Shown here: piece by piece, positions 37,173 through 50,223 of the stretch | Layout: each line of letters starts with the position of its first letter | Numbering within the stretch: position 1 is the stretch's first letter | DNA from: Epithemia pelagica | Lineage: Eukaryota > Protista > Bacillariophyta | DNA: 64,000 nucleotides | NCBI GenBank assembly: GCA_946965045.2 | Contig: OX337234.1 | Location: 930,001-994,000, forward strand | Reading direction: 5' to 3' | Made by a program: the position numbers and the translations under genes | The notes under the pieces: generated by a model | Seen by the model: only the letters and a program-made list of their open reading frames with translations | What the model was told of the DNA's origin: nothing | Databases searched by the model: none

Positions 37173-37636
37173 AAGATCTCACAACAAAAAATGATTGCAA
37201 TGAGCGGTCGAGAAATGGTTTCTAATCCATACGAAACGCGACCTAGAAGCTGTACTCGTGCGAATGCGCGCCGGTCGTGATCATAAATGAGAGGATCGGT
37301 CGCACAAACAGACCGTGACTCATTCGGAAGAGAACACCACGCACGCATCGACACCACCATGACAAAGAGAGAATGAGACAGCGCATCTCAACATTCTCCA
37401 CAACGGCAAGCACCAAATGGTAACTGTTTTGTAGTAGCATTCAACGAAACGAAGCCGTTGTCACACGGAAATTACGCCAGCGGAAGAATAAAAGAAGACG
37501 AACATCTGTCAAAGTGTGGAAGCAATCATTCTTCACGACAACAGCAGCATCCATTGTGAGTTGCCTCTCGCTCCTCTCGGGTCGATCGTCGTCCTTTGCA
37601 ACCACCACAACAAGGCGAACAGCCGTGTGGCAGACC

Positions 37637-39954
37637 ATGGGGATCTCCACCGATACAACGACGATGACAACGACAACGACGGAGAAGCAATATGACTTGT
37701 CCATTCATTGGTTTCGCAATGGATTGCGTCTGCACGACAATCCCTCTCTATTGGCGGCCAGTCAATCGTCCCACTCCGTCTTGCCCTTGGTCGTGATTGA
37801 TCCGGAAGCGCCCTTTGCACAAACCACACATCGTCGGGCCGGAATCCTGCGTGCCAATTTTGTCTTGGAAAGTTTGCACGCATTGAATACCCAACTGCAA
37901 CAACAACAACAAGAATTGCAATCCCAATTGTGCGTCGTTCTGGGAGATCCCCGAGAGGTTATTCCTCAAGTGGTGCAAGCCTTGAGTGCGCAAGCCTTGT
38001 TTTATGAAAAGGACATGGCCGCTCCCGTACGGGCCGTCGATCGACAAGTCCGCCAACACGTTCAGAAACTATCGTGTGACATTCGAGCCTTTGATTCTCA
38101 AACCTTGTTTCCCCTGGACACGTATTTAAGCAACTGCAAACAACAGGTACGTCGTTGGTTGTCGGGTTTGGAAAGGCAAAAGCAACGATTCCCAATTGTG
38201 CAATAAAAGGATATACCAACACAGTCTTGTTTGTTTCAACCGGCATCTCTCTCGCTGGCTCGCTCGACAATGATGAGGATTGCAGGTCGCTCCATCGACC
38301 TATGGTGGTTTTACCAAAATTTTTCAAAGGCTGACGGTCCCTCCCGAGGTGGAACCCGTGACCCAGCTGCCCCCTCCTCCGAGTCGGGACGAGTTGAGTT
38401 CCAAACTAGGGTTCCTCCTTCGTCGAGACTCTGACACTAGCAAGGAGAATAATGCATTTGCCATTCCTTCCTTAACCGATTTGGGATATACTAATACGGA
38501 ACAGCCGGAGGATGGATTGCAACACCGTGGCAAGGGTGGTTTCGACTTTATGGGTGGAGAAACGGCTGGTCTACAACTTTTGGAGACCATGATGCAACGT
38601 CATCAATGGGTCGCCACGTTTGAAAAACCCAAGACAAGTCCCAATGCCTTGACGGTCGATACGACCGGCTTGAGTCCCTGTAAGTGACAACCGAGCCGAA
38701 GGAATCCACTGCACCATGTGTGTGTGCACGCGCCGTACGTCCCCTCATGCTCCTGGCGTTTCACTTGTGTGTGTGTGCGTTTCCACTGTCTGTGTATTCT
38801 ATTCTAGATGTCAAACATGGCTGTGTGTCACCCTGTCGCTTTTTTCATGCCCTATCGGCCGTCTATACCAAGTTTCCCGCCCGGGAACGATCCAAACCCC
38901 CCGTCTCCTTGCATGGTCAACTCATGTGGCGCGAATACAACTATTTAATGGGCTACAGTACCCCGAATTTTGATCAAATGGTGGACAATCCCGTGGCGCG
39001 TCAAATTCCCTGGGACAATGATCCCGCCTTGCTCCAGGCCTGGCGGAATTCGCAAACGGGATATCCCTTTATCGATGCCATCATGACGCAACTACGGGAA
39101 ACGGGATGGATTCATCATTTGGCACGACATGCCGTGGCATGCTTTTTGACCCGAGGGGATTTGTGGCAATCTTGGGTACGTGCCGTAGTATAGTATGGTT
39201 GGTTCGTTTCGTTTCGGGTTGGTATATCTGCTGCATAACCTATTATGTGACGCATGATTGCCCTCGCATATAATAGGATTGTACGACCACACTCTCACTC
39301 ATCTCTTGTCTCTCGTCGTCACACACAGGAAAAGGGAGCAGAGGTCTTTGAAGAATTGTTAATTGATGCCGATTGGAGTATTAACAATTTCAATTGGCAA
39401 TGGCTATCGTGTACCGCACACTTTTATCAGTACTTTCGCTGTTATAGCCCCGTGGCCTTTGGCAAAAAGACGGATCCGTAAGTATACCGCCGGAGAGGCA
39501 AATTTGGTGTAGTCCTGTGGTCCCACTTGTTTTCATTACGACGCTTCTCACCACAAGCCACGCCAACGACAATACGACAGGAATGGCAATTACATTCGCA
39601 AATGGCTCCCTCAATTCAAGAACATGCCCAAAGCGTTTATCTATACACCGTGGGAGGCACCTATTGAGGTACAACGAAAATGCGGTGTTGTCATCGGAAA
39701 GGATTATCCACCGCCCATTTCTAGGTAATGTCGTCGTCGTGGTTTGTTCTCGGTGGGTTCTATGATTGGTGGCTCAATTTTCTGACGCCTTCTCTTCGAA
39801 CGACCCCCAGGTGGATCACAGTGTCATTTCCAAGGCCAATATGAGCCGCATGAAACAAGCCTACGACCAACAAAACGGCGCCATTGCTGCTCCATCCGCC
39901 GCTCCGAGAGAACCAGCACGAAACGAATCGGGCCGCAAACGACGGAGAACGTGA
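37637..39954 (+). CDS. CPF1: (6-4) photolyase/cryptochrome copy C, last splice donor deleted
   Basis: Same exon structure as copy B (donors 38147, 38680, 39176, 39478). At ~39720 the GTAAG of the last donor is missing, so the C-terminus is probably truncated or frameshifted. Confidence 0.85.
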
Positions 39955-40594
39955 CGATGAAATATAACACAATGATGAGTGTCATTGTGCTCGCAAGTAT
40001 CTACTCATTAGATAGATGACACGGTTTATGAAAGGATTGCAAACCATTATACCAACAACAGAAATACAATAATAGAAAGACTCAAACCCTGATATTGGGC
40101 TGGGTGACCGAGGATTGGGAGGTGACTGTGATAGCAAATGAGTGAGGTTGTCTAGAGCAAGTTTTTCATCAGATACAAATCATGTTCTTTAGAGACACAT
40201 ATAGAAGCGCATCCATGTCTAGGATTCGTGCATAAGACGATTATAGGACCTACAACAACTACGGGCTATACCTCTATTCTATGAGTAGTAGGCACACAAC
40301 TTCGTCCTTCTTACTTGAGGGTGGCGTCAATGATAAAGATTATTGACACAAAAAGTGTTTGTTGCTGGACCTCGGGTTGTCGATGATGTATGCGAGGCAC
40401 TCGGCATTCCTCGCCATCCCACTGACGGTGGTGTGAAAATGCTGAAGACCGACCGGGACAACATGGATGTTAACCGTTTCGTCTTGGAAAATCAGCACGA
40501 ACACCTTAGTAACACCACACACGTATTCATGCTCCATGATCTTCTGTCGTTGAGTTTCAAAAAGATTCTTCCTCAAACTTCCGCACCTTCGAAC

Positions 40595-43162
40595 CTAGTT
40601 CTCCTCCTCCTCCTCCTCCTCGGCATCACGGAGTTGAAATGTGGATATGGTCGGTTCCAACATTTCACGAAACCAAACACGGGCGTGCTTGTAATGTGGA
40701 ATAGGGAATTCTGCATTACGCGGTGCGCGGAAGCTACACGCCATGATGCGATCACCTAGAGATATTGTTGCCGATGGATGATCTTGCCGTAATCTTGTCT
40801 CCAACAGACTGCGCAGGGCCTCCAAACCAGTGTAAGAGTATCCAGCTTTACCAACTTTGGGGCTGGAATCGTTGTTTTGAAATGTAATTCCGAGGGCCGC
40901 CCACCAGGATTTAATTTCTTCTGAACTCTCCTTTTTCTGATGATGTTTGCATTGAATCGTCACTAGCTCACCCGTCTTGCTGTTGTTGTCGAAAAGAAGA
41001 GCAAGGACATCCCCACCTTGTGCAGAAGCTGTTCCTTGGGAAAAGACAATGCACTCCCGAGCATCTTCTTGCCCGACCGAAAGGTTATGCAGCTCCATCT
41101 CCGATTGCTTTGCAAGCTTCTTTTTCAGATCCTTGATAACCGCGTCGGTAATATTGTCCTCACGTTTGTTGGACATTTGTGGCCATGCATAGCGTAGCGT
41201 GACACGCCGCGAACGATATCCTTGAATCTCCATTAAACGCTGGTAATGTAAAGCTGTCAACTCTTCAAACTCATTGCCAAATGAAGATCGGATAGGACAG
41301 GTTAAACCAAAACAGGACATGTATTTGAGAGCTGCTGAGGTACCGAACTTGAGAACAAGGCCCACTTGGAAGATCTCGTTTGAAGGCTTTCTGAGTTCTT
41401 TCACTTTCTCTCGCTCAATCTGTCGAATTTTCGAGACAGTTGCGTGTTCTCTCAGTGGTGGTCGAATCGCCGTCGAGAGATGATACACAAAGGATTCTGC
41501 CAACAACTCATCCCGCCTATTCGAGGACAAGTCACCCACAATAGTCTGGGTGACAAAGAACCTGACCCCGTAATCCATGAGTGGGCCAAACGATGCGATT
41601 GCCTTCAGTCTTTCCTCGTATCGTCTTGTCTTCGTTTGAGGATCAAAGTCACCGTCGACTGAGTGAAAACCTTGCCGAAGAACGGGGAGGATCCCTCTAA
41701 AGAACATTCTTGAGTTGGTCTGGAGAACTCGAGAGAACAGCCCGTTGGATACTGCCAGACTTATTTCTGGTTTTATGACGCCTGTCTTTTCAAGCTGCTG
41801 CAGATCTGGTCCTTTCATTCGAATTAGCCTACTATAGGCAGGGTTTGTTCCTACCTGATTGCCATCACGAATTAAATCCAAACCAGTGCCCACCAGGACA
41901 AGAATGATACGTTCCTTGACTAAACCATCCATCTCGCGGTACGTCTGCCTCACAGGGTCAATCAAACCCTCGACTAGATCAATATCCGTTGCCTCATCAA
42001 GAATCAGTGCAACCTTACTTGGCAATGCATCACTCGACCAACAACCCTCGCTCCATGATCGGGCGTTTGCATCGCCTTCACAAAATTTCTTGAAAGCTTG
42101 TTTGAGAATCTCCCTCGCCCATTTGTTTCGTGATACATCGAGCTTGGTCTTCAAGCTATCGATGACATCAATATGATTGCTGCTCTTTTCTTTGTGAACG
42201 TTTAGGACCCCCTGCAAAAACTTATGTATGTGTGGAAACTCGCTTTCTGGTTTCCTGGCGTAGACCTCGGAAACATCGGTCCTCTTACCCTCTCCTTTCT
42301 CCTCCTTCCTTCTTTCTTCGTCCCCTTTCTTGTCCTCTCTCTCATTCTCCCTTTGGTTTTTCCGCAAGCGTAGCAACATGTACAGTGGGGTAAAACCACG
42401 CTCCATTGATTCAAGGCAAGAAAATACAGATTTACCACTGCCGCTTTCTCCGGCCACCACCAACGCATACGATTTGTTGTTTTGGATGTTGCTGTCTAGA
42501 TTGTCAAATTCATTGACGCCATGAACTTGTACGTATTCCCTTTTCGTGGGGAGAACGCCGTTCTCATCGCTATCTTGGATAGGTAGGAGCTGCGACTCGC
42601 AAAATTTCTGGAATGCGTCCATGTTTCCCTTGATTCGACCTAGTTTCTTGTCGGCGGTGTACCTGGTGTACTCGTCTTTGTCTCGATAGAAGACAACGTC
42701 TTCATTGCTCTCAAAAGACACTAGTATTCTTTCTCCTTCGACGGCCGAATCGGTTGCCGCCACCAAGAGTTCATCTGGTGACCCATGGTTCTTTGCTTTA
42801 AAAATATGTTCCCCGTCAACAAGAACGGAAACCACATTCATCCACTTTTTGTCGTCCACCAGAGCATTCAACACATACTCTAGAAAATCTGGGTAACTCA
42901 AGGGTTGGTCGACGTTTGCTCTGCTGTGAACATTTACGTCACTGTCACTGCTGCAGCTGCTGCTGCCCTCATTGTCGATGCTACGACTATCGATAACATT
43001 GGCAATGTCGGCGTCTGGATTTCGAATCAATTTTTCCAGCAAGGAATACTCGTCGCCACTGAGGAACGCTTTCGCAGCATCGAGCTCTTTTTGCAGTGCC
43101 CCTGATTCTTTATCTAGTTCTTCCAAACGTTGCCTCTTGATAGGACGGTTCCCGTGCTGCAT
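40595..43162 (-). CDS. Crinkler/RHS-like effector: P-loop NTPase + C-terminal PD-(D/E)xK-like REase fold (855 aa)
   Basis: Walker A GESGSGKS, Walker B LILDEA, and GDVLALL...VTIQCK nuclease-like motif. N-terminal PIKRQR is NLS-like. Intact single ORF. Confidence 0.7.
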   Translation of the reverse strand: MQHGNRPIKRQRLEELDKESGALQKELDAAKAFLSGDEYSLLEKLIRNPDADIANVIDSRSIDNEGSSSCSSDSDVNVHSRANVDQPLSYPDFLEYVLNALVDDKKWMNVVSVLVDGEHIFKAKNHGSPDELLVAATDSAVEGERILVSFESNEDVVFYRDKDEYTRYTADKKLGRIKGNMDAFQKFCESQLLPIQDSDENGVLPTKREYVQVHGVNEFDNLDSNIQNNKSYALVVAGESGSGKSVFSCLESMERGFTPLYMLLRLRKNQRENEREDKKGDEERRKEEKGEGKRTDVSEVYARKPESEFPHIHKFLQGVLNVHKEKSSNHIDVIDSLKTKLDVSRNKWAREILKQAFKKFCEGDANARSWSEGCWSSDALPSKVALILDEATDIDLVEGLIDPVRQTYREMDGLVKERIILVLVGTGLDLIRDGNQVGTNPAYSRLIRMKGPDLQQLEKTGVIKPEISLAVSNGLFSRVLQTNSRMFFRGILPVLRQGFHSVDGDFDPQTKTRRYEERLKAIASFGPLMDYGVRFFVTQTIVGDLSSNRRDELLAESFVYHLSTAIRPPLREHATVSKIRQIEREKVKELRKPSNEIFQVGLVLKFGTSAALKYMSCFGLTCPIRSSFGNEFEELTALHYQRLMEIQGYRSRRVTLRYAWPQMSNKREDNITDAVIKDLKKKLAKQSEMELHNLSVGQEDARECIVFSQGTASAQGGDVLALLFDNNSKTGELVTIQCKHHQKKESSEEIKSWWAALGITFQNNDSSPKVGKAGYSYTGLEALRSLLETRLRQDHPSATISLGDRIMACSFRAPRNAEFPIPHYKHARVWFREMLEPTISTFQLRDAEEEEEEEN

Positions 43163-43758
43163 GGTTGTCTGGATAAAGGTGGTTTTGTTGGTTTTGATAG
43201 GCAGAGATATGATTGGTCGAAAACCTCCAAAACCTATGTCGTTCCTACTATATTACTTAGACAAACCTTTGAAAACCTCCAAGGTTTTGAAATATTTGAC
43301 TATACATTAGACTAGAGTGACGAAGTAAGACAAGGTTTCCTACCATACAAATTAACGGAGTATCGGACTTAGGAATGGAGGGAATATGGAGGCAATTCAT
43401 CATGCCGATCCATCGGCACCCAAAATGGATCGACAATGAGGGTGCCGATAGAGCGCCAAAAAACTTCCTATCACTACGGCAAACGAAAAACAACAATCAA
43501 ACAAATTTTGCAATGGTCATAAACAGGGGATTATTACATGCATGGAAAAAAGCTAGCGCTTTAAAAAAAACCATGGCAGGTGAAGGCCTTAATGGCAGCA
43601 GCAACAGCGCGGCCAAGAGGTTGAGCAACCCATACGTTGGATGGACACCGCAGCCACTACCACAAGCGATCCGCAACAGCACAGAACGGAATGAAACACG
43701 TGTTCCCACCGGCTTTCCTTTAGTTTCGGACTTATTTGGAGAGAGAGGAGAGAGGAAA

Positions 43759-46700
43759 ATGGGAGTCCAAAGCCAAAAGCGAGTTACAAACAGTAGAGCA
43801 ATCCGCAGAAGACCAGAGCATCAGTACAAGTCATCAACAGCTCACAGTTGAAAGAAGGCTGACGATGAGGACCGCCCCTTTGACCCAGCTCAAGACTGCC
43901 CTGTCTGCAAGAGAGAGGCAGCAGGCAAGTCCCAACCACATCGAAAACATCACGATCTTTGCCCTTGTAGTAGAAGCAATCGCAAAAACCAAAAAGTATG
44001 CACAAAGTACATGAAGAAACTGACGGACGTGTTTGCATCGAACCAACAACGCCAGTCTCCCCTCAAACAGAAGGAGGCCGTCCAGCAGCAAGCGATGTAC
44101 ACTTTCTTTGTCCCTTCTCCTGATAGGAAAAGGAAGGCAAGTGACGACGACTCGAAACCGAAAGCAAAGAAGCTGAAACCACCCCCACAGGAGCAGATGA
44201 ATCTTCAACCACCACCTCCACCACAAAATGGCGGCAGTACAAATGACCCAATTGTTTTGGATGATGAATCCGAAATGAACAGGAACCTCTCTGTGGATCA
44301 GATGGAAGTAAATGAGACCGAATCTCCTCCCCTTGTTGCCTCGAATGTTGCGGCTGGAGTAACAGATACAACGCTTCCACCAATGGCAATGCCAACAGGT
44401 TCCCTTCTTACCATCGTTGAAGGGAGCTTGAGTGGAGATGGCAGTAAAAAAAGAAAAGAATCCCTGAACCCATCAGTATAGTTGCGGAGTTCATTTCAAA
44501 GATGTCGAAAGAGGATTTGGACTTGTGGTTTCCACCCCATAGTCTCAAGTTTGTAATCCCCAATGACAGGAGCTACGGTAGACCACTCAACCCCCTCTAC
44601 CATTCAGTCGAGGGTACGTCCCTTTATCATGTTCACTGGGAAGCCCATTTCCCCAATATCAGGATCCTTTGTCCGGATCCAACCTGCGACGGAGGGATAC
44701 TGAAACAAGATCGGACGAATTATTCCAAGAATAAGACTTTGATGCCCTTGTTTAATATGAGCGGACCGCCATCGTGGTGCATAGTGATGTCGTATGTTTG
44801 TCAGACATGTGGGTTGCGGTACAATGGCAATGATGGTCGTGTGCTTCTCACGTTACCCAAGTACGTGCGTAATGCATACCCCGTGGAGCCGAAGTATGCT
44901 GGAGCGGGCAACTGCCATCTCGACCTCGACTGTTGTCATGTTGTGCAAGAGAATATGGTAACGTACGGAAACGGCGAACAGCTTGCGCGATTGATTGCGA
45001 GCCGAGGAAGTAAGGACTACCTCCGTAGGTTCGCTGAGTATGTCTCTTTCATGAGCCATTACAATGCTCACAGCGACAACCCAGTCGCCCCTGCAGAGTA
45101 TCCCAGCTTTGAAGAGTTCATGCCAACCATGCCCCCAGCTGGTGATACGATTCGAGATCTGTTTGATGAAGCTTGCGCTTTGAACCTTACACCTTATGGG
45201 GTAAGCGATCATGATCGGTGTGTTTGCGAGATGTAATCAGTTGGAACCAACGCTTTCTTTGCCCAAGACCATACAATGGAGATGGTCAAGAACTTCACCA
45301 AGAAGCTTGGAGCGGCGGCCGCTTGGGATACAGCAACCGAAACCGGTGAAATCGCTTCCGTTGTATTGACAGGAGGCACTGGGGTGGCTGACATTGCGCA
45401 TGCCGCCGAGCAATTGGCCCGTCGACCACATTTCAATCCGGTTGCCATGTACAGTGACACGTACCCCGCTAAGGATGCGTTCTGGAAGATCTTGTTCGGT
45501 GCGGTACTCACTGGGCGACTCGGTTTGTACCATTTTCAGCAAAGGATCATCAAAACGCTTCGTCAGGGCCACATTGATTATCATAGAGCTTTGCGAGAAC
45601 TCTGCCATTGCATCTATGAGTGGGAGCCCGAGACGTACCAGGCATTGATACAGGCTCTTCGTGCAGGAAATATGGGTCGAGACAAGAAACCATTGTCTGA
45701 TCAAGATATCCTTGACATCGAAATGTCCAAGGATTTCCGTAAGAAGTATGGAAAGTTCTTCATGAAGAATATCAGGCCCCCTGATGTCATTCGACAGAAG
45801 CTTGAAGAATGGTTCTGTAATTACAAGGTTGATTCTTCCGATCCCATCGAACGACCTGGTCGCGGACGCCCCGATCCCATTACAGGAAAGAAGCTTTTCA
45901 CCGTCGATACCAAGACCGCCGTGGAAGAGCAGAAGAAGAATGCGGCACATATTCAGGACATTGTGCCTGTTCAGGATATGTATCGCGTTATCCCACCCAC
46001 GAAGACGACTCGTCATGGTTTGGCCGAGTACAGTTCGTTGCGATGTGAATCGAAACTCGAGGGGTTCCATGATCACCTTGCTCACTTCGGTAATGTTGGA
46101 ATGCGTTCTTCCTTGTGCGACAATGTCAACTTGTTAGGTACAACAATGTACTACACGAGAATCCGTCATCGGCTTCGTATGGCTGCAACACCAGTCGATG
46201 AACGGCCGAATGTTCCAGCATATTGGGCCAATAATCCCACATTTTACAACCATTCCGAGCTCGGTTACATCAACGATCTTGCGAAGGAGTCCGGATATCC
46301 AACAATTCCTTTCGAGTATGCTCGTGAGTTGCCTGAAGACAACGGCGAGCAGTTCTTTTCAGAGTATTGGATTCAGGAGCGAGCAAGGCAGGCTGCTTTC
46401 CAATCGTCTCCCTTAAATGATCGTTGTTACTGTGATCAGTGTGGAAATAATCCGGTTCCTCTTGTTCATGACAAGAAGAAATTGCCATTGCTCCCAAACA
46501 AGAATGGTCCATCTTCGAAGGAAGCGGACAGTGTTTGGTCCTCCCGTCTTATCGCGACACCAGTCAAATCGAAGAACGAAGAGACGCCCTCATCTGTGGA
46601 TGTCGTTACGAAGGCTGTGTTTGATTCTTCCAAGAAGGCATCACCATCCACTTCCTCCAAAAAGGCATCGTCCACATCCAGTTGCGATGATTCGTCTCCA

Positions 46701-47054
46701 ACTTTGGTTGACCTGTCTCCTGTTCCTCTATCGCCGCAAAAACTGTCTCCTGTGAAAGCTTCCCCTGATATTCCAGGTTGGAGTAACCAGCTTTACTGCG
46801 TGCCCGCCCAGATGGAGGGTAGTCATCCGCCGTTCCTTGTTCCTTGAGGTGGTTACCCGATGTTTGGCGGACCAGTGCCTCAGTATCCACAAGCACAAGG
46901 ATGGGGATGGGGAAATATTGCAGAAACGGCCCGTCCAAAGGCTCAGCATCAGGTATGCTGTCAGCCATTTCTTCAGTGGGCCTGTCGTCCCAACCGAAAT
47001 GGCCGTCCACCTCATGACAAGAGTTGTCCAAAGTCGAGCAAAGCCAAAAAGTAG
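43759..47054 (+). pseudogene. Mutator-like transposase, copy 2
   Basis: CGA>TGA (43849-43851), a 1-bp frameshift (~44450), CAA>TAA (45234-45236) and TGA (46845-46847). Retains the C-terminal CCQPF...GRPPHDKSCP motif in frame. Confidence 0.8.
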
Positions 47055-47284
47055 GAAACTGGATTACGGCCGTCTCCGCGTTGTGTTTCATGCGGTGACT
47101 GTTTGCCATTTGCGATAGTAATACGAACGATAAAAGACAGAGTAGTGTTTGCCAACATGTTCTATCATGGTAAAAGTCAAGTTTCAAACTTGCCCGTTAG
47201 AAGAATAGCAGAATGGAGAGACTCGCTCATATCCATCGCTTTGGGAGCCGTGGGAAATGGTTGTCCACGTGCAAATGGTGCTTC

Positions 47285-48601
47285 TCAGTGGTGACTCCCA
47301 TGAGAAGAGCGGCGGTTGGAGGGAGCTGGTGTGGCTCCCCATCCACTACCACGAGGGGGAGCAGCGGAACCACGATGGGCCGTGTTGCTGTGAACCTGAG
47401 TCGTACCGGCTCGGGAGCCCGTTTCAATGTGAGTGGGAATAGTGGGTTCCCCACCTTCTTTGAGATCGGCCATCTTTTCCGTAGCCATACTCGTCACCCA
47501 AGCTCCGTTGATAACCACGGTGTAATGCTTTACACCTTCAGCCACAACCAACGGTGGTTTGATAAACGGTTTCGATGGTTGCGTTGGCTTCGCCGGCTCA
47601 CATTCTTGCTGTGGGACAGGGGTGAGTGAAGCCGGTTCCTCAGCGTTTTTGTCTTCCGAGGAAAGCGCCTCATCCTCCATAATGGAATTCTTCTTGGGAG
47701 ATTCATCCTTTTCGGCTTCCTCTTCAGAGGACTCGGACTCGTCGCCCCATACGCCTTCCTCGAGGTAGCCGTATTGGACGAGACGGTCTTCCGTCACTTC
47801 CCAGCTGATCGTTTCCTGTGCATCGTAGATCCAGTTTTGGACCAGGGCAAAACCATGGAACTTGTTCGGAAGAAACTTCTTTGGGTCATCCTTGCAGCGA
47901 CCAGGAGGAAGAAGTACCACAATCGGCAAGACGGGGCTTTTGTGTAGAATGTTAATGGGCTCTGTCAAGCACACCCATTGATAAAAGGGTTGTAGTGTGT
48001 GCTGGATCACGTTGTTCACGTTCTGTAGGAGGTTCAAACGATCCGCAATCTTCTTCGCTCCATGGTCACGTAGGTTTTGGAGCTCCGGAATCATGGAGCC
48101 TCCGCCACGGTCCGCTTTGTAAAACCACAAGCAATCGTCCATTGCCGAAGCAAGCCCGAAGGCCGCTGAGCAAGTGCGTTTCACCATAGAGGGGAAGGAA
48201 ATCGTTCGGGGAATATGGCGGTCAAGGATTTTGGCAAAAACCATGTTCTTGTCGGTTGATTCACCATTGCCTCCCTGGGAATCATCGTCGTCGATCAGCA
48301 TCTCGGCAAGCTTCTGAGCTGGTTTCTTTTCTTCCTCTTTTGAGGAAAATGCCCCCGCCTTCAGTGCTTTGGATGCTTCTTCCTTCGACACTTTCCTGAC
48401 GACGCCATCAGGGGAGCGGATTTCTACGAGTCTCACGGAGGAGCCTCCAGTGTCATCCGAAGCGTCGGACTCGCGTTTCTCAACACGGGTTTTCTTCTTT
48501 TTGGGAATCGTGTCGAGGGGCTCATCCTTTTGCGTGCCATCTTCCTTAGAAGCGGCGGCAGCGGGAGGCCTTTTCGGAGCGGCTTTGCGTTCACGTGCCA
48601 T
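47285..48601 (-). CDS. Accessory ORF, copy 2 (slightly shortened by TTA>TGA)
   Basis: Near-identical to 15241-16602. Confidence 0.6.
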   Translation of the reverse strand: MARERKAAPKRPPAAAASKEDGTQKDEPLDTIPKKKKTRVEKRESDASDDTGGSSVRLVEIRSPDGVVRKVSKEEASKALKAGAFSSKEEEKKPAQKLAEMLIDDDDSQGGNGESTDKNMVFAKILDRHIPRTISFPSMVKRTCSAAFGLASAMDDCLWFYKADRGGGSMIPELQNLRDHGAKKIADRLNLLQNVNNVIQHTLQPFYQWVCLTEPINILHKSPVLPIVVLLPPGRCKDDPKKFLPNKFHGFALVQNWIYDAQETISWEVTEDRLVQYGYLEEGVWGDESESSEEEAEKDESPKKNSIMEDEALSSEDKNAEEPASLTPVPQQECEPAKPTQPSKPFIKPPLVVAEGVKHYTVVINGAWVTSMATEKMADLKEGGEPTIPTHIETGSRAGTTQVHSNTAHRGSAAPPRGSGWGATPAPSNRRSSHGSHH

Positions 48602-49932
48602 GGTCAAGTGAACACCAGTAGGATCCAATGGGAACACCGGTGGGTATGGGAATGGTGGGAAGTTACTCGCAACGTTGGGTGCAGTTACTCAATTTGTGAG
48701 CGAACTGTGTGTGAGTGATTGCTTCTACTATTTTGTTGTGTGACAGTTCTGGTACTGGTTCACGTACCTAGGTACATACGTGATACTGGTAGGCTTTTCA
48801 CGTTGAAATTAGCGATTTTCATGTAAACCTATTAGACCGGTTTGTGTCACGATTTTTATGGATGGGTTTGATTGGTTAATTTTCTATTCCTATCGTTTTT
48901 CTATCATTTTGTTGAGTGGTTCGTAATTTTTACTATAGTCTTAATTGTACTGATTCGATTCCTTGTGCGACGTGCTGTGGGTGGCTTTGGGTTGGGAGTG
49001 ATTGGGAGTGAATCTTTCCCCCTTTCCCCCCTCGCCTCTTCTTCTTTCTTTCCCCTTCCTCCCCCCCTCTTTCCCCTCTCCTTCTGCGCCTTTCCCCCCC
49101 CTAGCCCGGGGGGGAGGCTGACTCTCAGTATTGTAGTCCGTAGGCGGAGAAATTTGTTGGCATCTGGGGCATCTCAACTCTCCACGCCAGGTGACAGGTG
49201 ATCGCCTCTCTCTTTAGATATTCGTTCGTACTTGGTACATAGACCGGCACTCATGTGATGAGTGATCATTGATCATCGGTCCAATTCCCAACAAAGATGA
49301 TAAAAGCTTCAGGTCGTTCCAGTGCCCAACACTGACGTTTGAATCCGGTCAGCGACGAGCATAGGCGAGGACGAAAGCGCTATTTCCCAAGTGATGGTAA
49401 ATTTTTGGTTGTTTCTAAGACTCTGCGTTGGGTTCTGGAAGACGAGATTCTCTATTGAAGTAGTTCGTTTGAACTGTGGGCTACATGGGCCGAGATATAG
49501 TATACATTTTCTATTATAGCCGAGATTAGGAACATTTACACTTAGTGATACCGTGTCCCGTGATGGATGGATTGCTTGCCCCATAACTGCCCTTGTCAAC
49601 ACCATACATTCTCCGCTATGCACTTGGGGGACAGATTTGACGATGATCGTTTTTTGAACTGGTTCCTGGGACTACGTGCGATTTATTGCAAGCTCCATGT
49701 GGCTTTGCTCTGTTCGACAGCAAAGGCGGAGGACTGCTATACACTCCGTGCGGTAAGAGTGGATCCATTGGTGGCATCCTTTCCTCTGTGCGCCTAACGT
49801 TGTAGTTGTGGGTCGAAAAGAGATTTCCGCTGTTGCGCACAAAATGGAACAGGACGTCAGTCTGTGTTTCAGCAACTTCCAAAAGATAGGGCATTTGCTC
49901 GCGTTGCAGAGAGGGTACAAATCGGCGGTTGG

Positions 49933-50223
49933 TGAAAGGAGGTTATAGGGCCTAGCCCGACCACTCGACCAATAGCCTTTCAAAAGATAACATTGGGGTC
50001 ACAGGATCGAGTCCCTGGGAAAAGCAAATTTGTGAAAGGAGTGGTCGGGCTAGGCCCTATAACCTTCAAAAGGGGCGGAGGTCTTATGGGGCAGGTCCAC
50101 ACAATGTGGCCCCCCAATGTTATCTTTTGAAAGGAGGTTATAGGGCCTAGCCCGACCACTCGACCAATAGCGCTATTGGTCAAGTGGTCGGGCTAGGCCC
50201 TGTAACCTCCTTTCAAAAGATAA
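49933..50223. repeat. 291-bp self-complementary mosaic insert flanked by a 130-bp direct duplication
   Basis: Duplicated host sequence at 49803-49932 and 50224-50353. A 44-bp unit lies at 49933 and 50128, with its reverse complement at 50172. Spacer-less palindrome 50120-50223 has 52-bp arms and 2 mismatches. Confidence 0.92.

Larger units (their letters stand above)
43200..49158 (+). mobile_element. Mutator-like two-gene unit, copy 2 (no nested insertions)
   Basis: Near-identical to copy 1 and provides the empty sites for both nested elements. Confidence 0.6.

Noticed and set aside
43184-49160. TTTGTTGG as an 8-bp TSD of copy 2
   Set aside because: The left occurrence is 8 bp away from the shared boundary, and copy 1 shows no equivalent duplication.
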